A stretch of 64,000 nt of DNA from a virus. A model generated the notes under the pieces. The model saw nothing but the letters and a program-made list of their open reading frames with translations, had not been told where the DNA came from and searched no databases. Positions within the stretch are counted from its first letter, which is position 1. Every line of letters begins with the position of its first letter. A program made the translations under genes and the position numbers. This document shows positions 57,370 to 64,000 of the stretch, one piece after another. Location of the stretch: the IMG/VR virus record IMGVR_UViG_3300009514_000007, positions 41,381 to 105,380 of that record. One strand, given 5' to 3'.

Positions 57370-58863
57370 GTGCGCGTCGTGACCCTGGCTCGCTCGCCTG
57401 TTCTTGGTGCTATGGCGGCGTGTATCGAGCAAGGGGCAGGCGCGCTCAACATCGACGGAACGCGGGTGGGCTTTCAAGGGGATAGTGATCGCGCCTCCGC
57501 GAAGCCGGGAGGGAAGCTGACAGCCAGAACGGGAGCCTTGGCGGGTAAGACTCAGAACCCAGATCAGAAGCGGACGGAGTTCACGTCGGACAACAACAAG
57601 GGGAGGTGGCCTGCCAACCTGATCCTCCAACACCGGGCGTCGTGTACCCAGACAGGTTCAACCACTGCACCGGGCTACACGATCAACCGCTGGACGGACG
57701 GAGCCAAGCCGTTTGGCGGTGGGGCAGGTCACGAGTACGAGAGCGAGAAGCAGCCCGACGAGAGCGTGGCGGTCTGGGAGTGCGCAACTGAGTGTGCGAT
57801 CGGGTTGTTGAATCGAGATGCTGGCGTGCTCACGAGCGGGGGCGGAAAGAAGCATCCAGTAGGAAGCAAGATCTACGGGCGAAGTTCGTATTTGGAGAGC
57901 GCAACTGCGGGCGATGGTTCGGATTGGCAAGCGAGCAAAGGAACCGCATCGAGATTCTTTCAACAGGTTCAGGAGACAACGATGAACGAGCTACCGCAAG
58001 AACTGGTCGATTACCTGGAGACGATGATCACGCCGCCCGATGGTGAGGTCTTGATCGTGCCGGATGTGTCGGCCGTCAACTGGACCGAGTACGACGACAA
58101 CCAGCTACACGGGGTCGTGGTCATCGGGAAGCGGGCGGATGAATTCAAGGGCAACGACTACCTCGATCAGATCTATCGGGTGCTTCGACCCGGTGCTCAT
58201 GTCGCCATGATTGCTTCCGACGAGCAGCCGACCGGGCACACGAACACCTGCGCCCTAGAGGACCAGGGCTTTGAGATCCGCGATGCCCTTTTGGTCGTGC
58301 AGGAGCCGGGGCGCATCCACTATGTCGCCAAAGCTGCAACTGCCGAGCGCAATGCAGGCGTCGCCCCGATCAAGCAAGAGGTCACGGTCGAACGGTGGTT
58401 CCCCAAAGACGACGCGGACCTTGACGAGATTATGGAGGCCCTGGCCGAGTCGCTTGAGCCTGAGCAAATTGACGAGATGGAGGTGGAAGGGCTCGACAAG
58501 AAAGAGGTCCCCAAGCATCTGCGCGATCAGTTTGAGTCGGCCACCTTTGAGCGGACGATCACACACCAGAACAACCACCCGACCTGCAAACCAATTGCCG
58601 TCATGGAGCGGTTGTTGGCGAACGTCCCCGAGGGCGCCGTCGTGTGTGACCCTTTCATGGGAAGCGGGACCACGGGCATCGCGTGTCTCAACACGAACCA
58701 CAGCTTCATCGGCATCGACCTGGAGGAACCCCACGTCAAGATCGCCGACGCTCGGATCCGACATTGGGATACGAAAAAGCGGCGGACCTGGGTGGCGGAG
58801 ATTGAGTCCGAGGTCGAGCCCGAGAAACAAGATGACCCGTTTGGCGGAATGTTCGGGGGATGA
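57370..58863 (+). CDS. Beta-class methyltransferase: variable module fused to a DPPY-less catalytic-domain copy and the SAM-binding module (497 aa)
   Basis: VTLARSP...GALNIDG.R...GRWPAN...ASRFF, then YRVLRPGAHV, HPTCKP and DPFMGSGTT. Internal AGGAGA RBS with in-frame ATG at 57982. Confidence 0.85.
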   Translation: MRVVTLARSPVLGAMAACIEQGAGALNIDGTRVGFQGDSDRASAKPGGKLTARTGALAGKTQNPDQKRTEFTSDNNKGRWPANLILQHRASCTQTGSTTAPGYTINRWTDGAKPFGGGAGHEYESEKQPDESVAVWECATECAIGLLNRDAGVLTSGGGKKHPVGSKIYGRSSYLESATAGDGSDWQASKGTASRFFQQVQETTMNELPQELVDYLETMITPPDGEVLIVPDVSAVNWTEYDDNQLHGVVVIGKRADEFKGNDYLDQIYRVLRPGAHVAMIASDEQPTGHTNTCALEDQGFEIRDALLVVQEPGRIHYVAKAATAERNAGVAPIKQEVTVERWFPKDDADLDEIMEALAESLEPEQIDEMEVEGLDKKEVPKHLRDQFESATFERTITHQNNHPTCKPIAVMERLLANVPEGAVVCDPFMGSGTTGIACLNTNHSFIGIDLEEPHVKIADARIRHWDTKKRRTWVAEIESEVEPEKQDDPFGGMFGG

Positions 58864-59498
58864 AGATCGTCACCCTCGCCCGTAAGCCTTTGGGGGGTTC
58901 GGTTGCTCAGGGGGTGGTCGAGCACAGAGCCGGTGCGATCAACATCGGTGGCACGCGAATTTCTGCGCATGGCCGTCCTTTGCGGACGTTCGACCCGAAG
59001 CCGGGGGTTGAGCGTAGCGTTGGTTGGGAGCCGGGGTGGGCGGGAGGCAGTAAGGCTAGCGGTCAGACCTCACTCGGCCGATGGCCTGCGAACGTCCTGC
59101 TCCAGCACACGGCCGGCTGTAAGTGTCGGGGGACCAAGAGGATACGGCCCGGTAACGGGTCGGGGCGTACAGGAAAAGGGGCACACGGCTTTCAGACCGC
59201 CTACGTCGGTGGCGACAAGAAATCCGATGGGTGGGTCGGCGACCATGTTGACGACAACGGTATGGAGACGGTCGATGCGTGGGAGTGCTCCGAGGGCTGT
59301 CCCATGCTTGACCTGGACGGACAAAGCGGTGTGACGCTCTCGTCGGGAGGCCGCACCGCGAACATCTCCAAGGGCCAACGGATCTACGGTGGCGGTCGAG
59401 GGCTCGGCCAAGACCTCACGCCCGACGAGGTACGTGGGGATCCTGGCTACGGGGACGTGGGTGGAGCGAGCCGCTTTTTCAAGCAGATTCAGCGGTAG
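58860..59498 (+). CDS. Stand-alone paralogue of the methyltransferase variable (TRD-region) module (212 aa)
   Basis: IVTLARKP...GAINIGGTR...GRWPANVLLQH...C..W.C...C...GASRFF. No DPPY and no FxGxG. Confidence 0.8.
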   Translation: MKIVTLARKPLGGSVAQGVVEHRAGAINIGGTRISAHGRPLRTFDPKPGVERSVGWEPGWAGGSKASGQTSLGRWPANVLLQHTAGCKCRGTKRIRPGNGSGRTGKGAHGFQTAYVGGDKKSDGWVGDHVDDNGMETVDAWECSEGCPMLDLDGQSGVTLSSGGRTANISKGQRIYGGGRGLGQDLTPDEVRGDPGYGDVGGASRFFKQIQR

Positions 59499-59704
59499 TA
59501 GTCGCGGACCTCGCCGACCGTCGAGCACCCGGCCGCGATGGCGACCTTGACTGCGCCTACGGTGATGCCGAGAGCACCTGCGATCACCGGAGCCGTCACG
59601 AGCGCGACAGGGGTGGCGAGGGTGATGCCGATGTCCTTGCCCATCTCAAAGAAGGGCTCGGTCACGTCGGATACGAGATCAACTACGTCGTCAAACAGAC
59701 CCAT
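59489..59704 (-). CDS. Small hydrophobic/membrane protein (71 aa)
   Basis: MGLFDDVVDLV...VALVTAPVIAGALGITVGAVKVAIAAG. Start reassigned to ATG 59704, just after the stop of 59722-60714. Confidence 0.6.
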   Translation of the reverse strand: MGLFDDVVDLVSDVTEPFFEMGKDIGITLATPVALVTAPVIAGALGITVGAVKVAIAAGCSTVGEVRDYYR

Positions 59705-59721
59705 CGCCAGCACTCTAGCGG

Positions 59722-60714
59722 CTACGCCTTGGCGGCGCCAGCCTGATCGAGCAGCTTGTTCAGGTCCTTGGTCGTGCTGTTCAAGCTGCGGACCCACGAG
59801 GCCACGCTGGCGGCAGCGGACTGAATGGCACGCCATGCGCCGCTCAGCATTCGGGTCAGGTCGCTCCAACCGAACGCGACGCGAGCGCCCTCGGCAACGG
59901 ACTCGACATGCTCCATCTGAGCCATCGCCGCGTTGAAATCATTGATCCCCGCGAGCACCTTGGTCAGAACCTCTTGGTGGGAAAGCTCGCGGAGAGCTTC
60001 GCGCAGCAACGTCTGGAATTTTTCCTCAAACGTGATCGTCGGCTCTGTGTGCGACTCGTGACGAGCAGCGGCAGCGGTTACGGCTTGCACGCTGTCTTGC
60101 ACGCTTTTGACCTCTTTTTGGAGAGCCTTGAGCTTCTTTTCCGCTCCGGCGAGCCATTTCTTGCGGCGTTCACCGCCGCGACCAGCTTCGACCTCTTTGG
60201 CGTGTTTGGCGACCAGGGCTTCGGCTTCCTCGATCTTGCCTTCCAAGGACCCGATCATGATCTCGGCTTCCAAGGCAGAGCGGCCGACCGCAGTGATCAG
60301 GCCCTCAGATTTCATCTTGGCCTTGACCCATTCCTCGATCTGATCGCCGTTCTTGATCCCGGCCAGGCTCATCTGCTTCGCCACGCCCTTACCACCCATG
60401 CCCTCGATGAATTCCTCGGGGAGCGTGATCCCAAACCCTTGCGGACGGCCCTTCTGGCACTTGTTTCGCCAGTAGGCCGTGGCACCGCCATAGTCAAAGT
60501 GATCCCCGAGCTTTTCCACGACCATCTTCCACGCGAGCAGACACTCGGGAGGCAGCTTGCCATCGTGTACGGCCGCCGCGATTCCACGCGGAGGACGGAA
60601 ACGGGAGTCAGGTGGCCCGGAGATGCGGGCCTCGTGGATCAACGGCAAAAGCTCGTCCCGAAGCTCAGGCTTCTCGTAGGCGAGCCGAACAAGGGAGCTT
60701 CGCAGATTCATCAC
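59722..60714 (-). CDS. Coiled-coil protein; candidate internal head protein (330 aa)
   Basis: N-terminal LRSSLVRLAYEKPELRDELLPL and a long heptad region. Preceded on the minus strand by GTCTATAG, a late-motif variant. Confidence 0.8.
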   Translation of the reverse strand: MMNLRSSLVRLAYEKPELRDELLPLIHEARISGPPDSRFRPPRGIAAAVHDGKLPPECLLAWKMVVEKLGDHFDYGGATAYWRNKCQKGRPQGFGITLPEEFIEGMGGKGVAKQMSLAGIKNGDQIEEWVKAKMKSEGLITAVGRSALEAEIMIGSLEGKIEEAEALVAKHAKEVEAGRGGERRKKWLAGAEKKLKALQKEVKSVQDSVQAVTAAAARHESHTEPTITFEEKFQTLLREALRELSHQEVLTKVLAGINDFNAAMAQMEHVESVAEGARVAFGWSDLTRMLSGAWRAIQSAAASVASWVRSLNSTTKDLNKLLDQAGAAKA

Positions 60715-60725
60715 CGAGGGCTGGC

Positions 60726-60732
60726 TATAGAC
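60726..60732 (-). promoter_or_regulatory. Candidate late promoter variant GTCTATA(G)
   Basis: Minus strand reads CCGTCTATAGCC, 11 nt upstream of ATG 60714. Confidence 0.45.
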
Positions 60733-60744
60733 GGACTAGGGCGA

Positions 60745-60772
60745 GGTTTCCGCTGGCGGGTGCCTGGCGTAA
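60745..60772 (+). promoter_or_regulatory. Bipartite promoter motif GGTTTC-N14-TGGCGTAA
   Basis: Exact spacing shared by four copies; in-frame GTG 60777 and ATG 60783 follow. Confidence 0.7.
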
Positions 60773-60782
60773 ATACGTGTGT

Positions 60783-61202
60783 ATGGACCGCTGCAAGCGT
60801 TGTGATGGAGCAGGCTTTCTCCCACAGTTTCGCCACGTCGAAAACGGCGTTTGTTGGCGTTGTGAGGGCTCAGGCACCGATCCGGGCAAGGCGCCGAAGC
60901 GACGGACCATCCGTCGCAGCCGAGTCGTGCGGGGGCCTCGGCTCAGCCGCGAGGCGAGATCGCGTCTGGATGCCCTGATCCGATCTGGCGGGAGCAAAGA
61001 ATTCACGCGGGTCACGCCGATTGGGCGTGAGCTACAGCGGCTCGGGCTCGTGCGGATTGAATTCGATCGCACCCGTGGGCGTGGACGGGCGATGGCGACT
61101 GACCGTGGCGCACGTAGCCATTGGAAGGCTATCGTCGCAGGATTGTTGCCAAATCCCCGCCACGAATCCGATCACGCCCGCACGGTTTCGCTTCGTTTCT
61201 AG
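60783..61202 (+). CDS. DnaJ-type zinc-finger (CxxCxGxG x2) basic protein (139 aa)
   Basis: CKRCDGAG and CWRCEGSG. Start reassigned from 60612, which overlaps the minus-strand gene. Confidence 0.7.
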   Translation: MDRCKRCDGAGFLPQFRHVENGVCWRCEGSGTDPGKAPKRRTIRRSRVVRGPRLSREARSRLDALIRSGGSKEFTRVTPIGRELQRLGLVRIEFDRTRGRGRAMATDRGARSHWKAIVAGLLPNPRHESDHARTVSLRF

Positions 61203-61211
61203 GCGTCGTAC
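61184..61211 (+). promoter_or_regulatory. Bipartite promoter motif GGTTTC-N14-CGTCGTAC
   Basis: Same spacing as the other copies; 7 nt upstream of the first base of the ncRNA closing stem. Confidence 0.6.
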
Positions 61212-61218
61212 TCAGTAC

Positions 61219-61374
61219 GCCCCGTGGGAATGACCAGCGTGGCAACCCCTTCCAAGGCGATGTTTGCCCATCGCTTAGGTAGTCCAAGGCAAGGGCCGGT
61301 CCAGGATCGGAAACCTACCGAACGGACAGCGGCCTTGACTGGCCGTGTAGGGAGGCTGGTCAGACCTGCGGGGC
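61219..61374 (+). ncRNA. Putative structured ncRNA of unknown family (about 156 nt)
   Basis: Nested stems 61219-61228/61365-61374, 61231-61238/61355-61362 and 61249-61253/61350-61354, a hairpin 61255-61276, and a long apical arm 61278-61344. Has its own promoter motif. Confidence 0.6.
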
Positions 61375-61390
61375 ACGCATTTAAGGTCCA

Positions 61391-61418
61391 GGTTTCCCGA
61401 TCGAAGGCTCTGGCGTAA
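61391..61418 (+). promoter_or_regulatory. Bipartite promoter motif GGTTTC-N14-TGGCGTAA
   Basis: GTG start of the HD gene is 7 nt downstream with no SD between. Confidence 0.7.
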
Positions 61419-61425
61419 GTAGGCT

Positions 61426-61944
61426 GTGGAGAGACTCAACGAACAGGCGCGGGAGTACGCCGTCGAGGCGCACGGCGACCAAAAGTACGGGGACGAGCCT
61501 TACGTCGTTCATCTGGATGCTGTGGTCGCCATCGTGCGCGAGGCGGACGGGTCGGAGCTTGCCGAAGCTGTCGCCTGGCTGCACGACGTTCAAGAGGATA
61601 CGGATCGCAACTCGGCCGAGTTGGAGCGGCTGTTCGGTCCCGTTGTGTCGGTCGCTGTTTCGTGCGTCACGGATCCCAACGGGCCGAATCGCCGGACACG
61701 CAAGGCGCGGCTGCACGCTCAACTGGCGAAGCTCGATCACGAGCAGCATGAGAGCTACCGGATCGCGTTGCTGGTGAAGGCAGCCGATCGGCTCGCCAAT
61801 CTCCGAGCCTCGGAAGCGAACAACGAGCGTCTGCTCAAGATGTACCAGCGGGAGGCCAAGGCTTTCCGCGAAGCCGCGTATCGCCCTGGCCTCGCCGATG
61901 GTGTGTGGGCCGAGATCGATCGCATCACAGGAGACACGGTTTAA
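61426..61944 (+). CDS. HD-domain (p)ppGpp hydrolase-like protein (small alarmone hydrolase / Mesh1-like)
   Basis: AHGDQ...PYVVH...AWLHDVQEDT...V..VT...VKAADRLANLR. Confidence 0.85.
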   Translation: MERLNEQAREYAVEAHGDQKYGDEPYVVHLDAVVAIVREADGSELAEAVAWLHDVQEDTDRNSAELERLFGPVVSVAVSCVTDPNGPNRRTRKARLHAQLAKLDHEQHESYRIALLVKAADRLANLRASEANNERLLKMYQREAKAFREAAYRPGLADGVWAEIDRITGDTV

Positions 61945-62411
61945 TGGACCACCGCAATCTCAAGAAAAAGCCGTGGCTCGTCCAACGAGTGCTGCGGAAG
62001 GACTCCGAGGAGAAGGGCATCGACGGCGCGTTTGGGTTCGACTACATGGGCTCGGCCGAGTTTGAATTCGGCTCGCTGTTCCATGCCCTCAAGGCCATGC
62101 GCGCCACATGGGACCAGTACCTTCCCGAGCCGAAGCGGATCAAAGACGAGAACGGACGCATCGTGTGGTACGTCGGACCCGACGACGCCGAGATCTTGGC
62201 CTTTGCCGAGTGGTTCTTTGTCGATCAGAGCTACGGACACTGCGAACATGACCTCAAAGAGCGCACGGACATGCGTCGCGCCTACGAGGACGAGCCCGAT
62301 CGGTGGGCTCCGACTGGTTGGTGGGCCATCGACCACGACACTCCCTGGCTCCTGTTCGTCAAAAAGGACGACGCACGGGAGTGGATCAAGCGGACGAAGG
62401 AGCAGGAATGA
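61944..62411 (+). CDS. Phage hypothetical protein (155 aa)
   Basis: TAATG coupling; FDYMGSAEFEFG motif. Confidence 0.75.
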   Translation: MDHRNLKKKPWLVQRVLRKDSEEKGIDGAFGFDYMGSAEFEFGSLFHALKAMRATWDQYLPEPKRIKDENGRIVWYVGPDDAEILAFAEWFFVDQSYGHCEHDLKERTDMRRAYEDEPDRWAPTGWWAIDHDTPWLLFVKKDDAREWIKRTKEQE

Positions 62412-63157
62412 CGACTCCCTGGTACGACACAAAAGAGGGCCTGGAGGCCCGCCTGAAATCTGGCATCGCTGGACTCCGCGAGATTGCCCGCGCGCGGCAT
62501 ACGGCCGGGTACGAACGTCGGGAGCGGATGGCTGAATGGTGTCTGATTGGACGTTTCTGGACCGACTCTTGTGGGAATTTCTCGCGCTTCACGGAGGGGG
62601 CTCCCCACGATCAGAGGGGCCGGATCGAGATCCCGGACGTGATGTCCCGAGAACAAGCTCTTGGGATCTCCGAGTGGATCACGACCACCTTCACCGAGCT
62701 TCCGCCCGAGGATGGTCGGTGCGATCGGTGCGATGGCGTGTGGACGATGCGCAACGTGGACGATTTCATGTGGAAGCGGGATCGCGGCGACCTGCCCGTG
62801 GCCCGAGCCCGTCACAAGACCTGCAACCGCCTGGCGATCATCGAGGCGGAGGCTGACGAGATCCGCAAGATCGTGGAGCGTTCGGAGATGCCGTTCAACT
62901 CGATCCACATGATCCCGAACGAGTATTTCCCCGACCCCGACGTGTACGGCCCCTGGTTTATGATCGAGACTCCCAAGGGTCGGATCAAGATCGGATGGCG
63001 CAAGCGGGTGATCAACATCGACTGGTCGCTCTCGGGCTACGGTGCCAAGGGCGAGGACGTTGTGGACGAGGCCAACGTGACGTACGGGCCTCAGTACGTC
63101 CATGCTTACGGTGCAGACAAGGCCGTGGAGGCCCTGCGGAAGATTGCGGGGGCTTAG
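62408..63157 (+). CDS. Phage hypothetical protein (249 aa)
   Basis: ATGA overlap; C-terminal IPNEY...PWF...GRIKIGWRKRVINIDW; CDRC pair. Confidence 0.75.
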   Translation: MTTPWYDTKEGLEARLKSGIAGLREIARARHTAGYERRERMAEWCLIGRFWTDSCGNFSRFTEGAPHDQRGRIEIPDVMSREQALGISEWITTTFTELPPEDGRCDRCDGVWTMRNVDDFMWKRDRGDLPVARARHKTCNRLAIIEAEADEIRKIVERSEMPFNSIHMIPNEYFPDPDVYGPWFMIETPKGRIKIGWRKRVINIDWSLSGYGAKGEDVVDEANVTYGPQYVHAYGADKAVEALRKIAGA

Positions 63158-63159
63158 CC

Positions 63160-63549
63160 ATGTCTCGTTCCCTACTCGTTCCTGACATCGGCACGGACCT
63201 GACTCTTGCCGAGGACTGGACGTTCGTGCTCGTGCCTGAGTACCGTAACGACAAGCTGTGGACGGCGGCAGGGCTGCCCAACTACGGGCATAGCCAAGCC
63301 GTCAAGGTCAAGCGTGGCGATGCCCCCGGCGAGGTATTCCTCGTGGACGAGCAAGGGACTGAATTCGTCCCGCAGGTGACGTTGCCCAAAGGGACGGTGC
63401 TCCGATGCGCGCGCGTCTACATTCGCAACGGCAAGAACGCATCGAATTTCTCGTCGCTCACCTGGACGATCAAAAAGTGCCCCGACAAGACACTCAAGGG
63501 GCGCTTTTGGGCGAGACTCCACGACTGCAACAACATGATCGTGGAGTAG
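63160..63549 (+). CDS. Phage hypothetical protein (129 aa)
   Basis: ATG 2 nt after the upstream stop; start reassigned from 62995. Confidence 0.7.
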   Translation: MSRSLLVPDIGTDLTLAEDWTFVLVPEYRNDKLWTAAGLPNYGHSQAVKVKRGDAPGEVFLVDEQGTEFVPQVTLPKGTVLRCARVYIRNGKNASNFSSLTWTIKKCPDKTLKGRFWARLHDCNNMIVE

Positions 63550-63552
63550 AAC

Positions 63553-63774
63553 ATGGGATTTTTCACTTTCCTTGCGGTCTGTATTGCTGCCGGGTGCGCC
63601 ATGCACGGTTACGAGATCTGGATCAAGCACCGCGAGACGATGGCGATGTTGCGCATGGGCGAGCGTGCTGCCAAGGCGCTTATGGAAGCGCCCGACCATG
63701 AGCGGAGTGCTCTGGCTCGGGAGTTGTTGGAAGCCTACGACGAGGCCGGGCAGGGCTTGGAGAACGACGTTTGA
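63553..63774 (+). CDS. Small membrane-anchored protein (73 aa)
   Basis: N-terminal hydrophobic segment MGFFTFLAVCIAAGCAM; GGAG RBS. Confidence 0.65.
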   Translation: MGFFTFLAVCIAAGCAMHGYEIWIKHRETMAMLRMGERAAKALMEAPDHERSALARELLEAYDEAGQGLENDV

Positions 63775-64000
63775 CCGCGCCCTACCGTGACGACGACCCG
63801 ATGCGCTGCGACTGCGGGCAACACCCGATGGTCTTGGAGGTCTACTGGAAAGGCACCGAGCGCGAGCGCCGTATCTGCCATCACTGCACGCCCGAAATTC
63901 TGCGGATCGAAACACGATGCGTCGATCCGGCCGGGTCAGGGGAAACCTTCACCATCACAAAGAACCTGGCGATGCGATGGGGCGCAGACCAGGAGCACGC
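63771..64000 (+). CDS. Small Cys/His-rich hypothetical protein, 3'-truncated
   Basis: TTGA overlap; frame open to the window end (MTAPYRDDDPMRCDCGQHP...RICHHCTPE...). Confidence 0.5.
   Translation, partial: MTAPYRDDDPMRCDCGQHPMVLEVYWKGTERERRICHHCTPEILRIETRCVDPAGSGETFTITKNLAMRWGADQEH

Noticed and set aside
61290-61335. SRP RNA helix-8 resemblance (CAGG...GGAA...CAGC)
   Set aside because: The required symmetric pairing around the GNRA loop and the AGCAG spacing are absent.
61224-61418. 64-aa ORF across the ncRNA candidate
   Set aside because: No RBS or motif, runs through the next promoter, and the nested base-pairing explains the region better.
6948-63553. Genome-wide TAG recoding: many TAG stops are followed in-frame by the next gene (6950, 37076, 44377, 45827, 47792, 51287, 57369, 63549)
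   Set aside because: ORFs of 1,000-2,200 codons contain no internal TAG. In-frame adjacency also occurs after TAA/TGA (20560, 38749, 56907). Downstream genes have their own RBS or promoter, and most fusions make no sense. Only the MTase junction is kept as a local question.

Overview
High-GC window from a large contractile-tailed (myovirus-type, probably jumbo) bacteriophage. Positions 1-46813 form one continuous + strand late block. It holds very large virion proteins, the baseplate-wedge trio (gp25-like, baseplate J-like, P2 gpI-like), fibre/spike proteins, two DUF4815-like paralogues, small proteins with a shared terminal motif (one an ADP-ribosyltransferase) and a holin-like protein, and it ends at a strong terminator (46836-46872). 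Positions 46873-64000 are accessory/replication genes: a GroEL-like chaperonin, a degenerate peptidoglycan-binding peptidase, an intein-split SNF2 helicase, a catalytically degenerate DnaC-like protein next to a DnaB-like helicase, a beta-class DNA amino-methyltransferase broken into modules, an HD alarmone-hydrolase-like protein and phage hypotheticals. Reading the intergenic DNA gave two promoter-like motif families: GCCTATA before late genes, and GGTTTC-N14-YGKCGTW with fixed spacing before accessory genes. One copy of the second motif sits directly in front of a roughly 156-nt, extensively base-paired stretch (61219-61374) that looks like a ncRNA gene. All family calls come from motifs recognised by eye; no database search or folding program was run.
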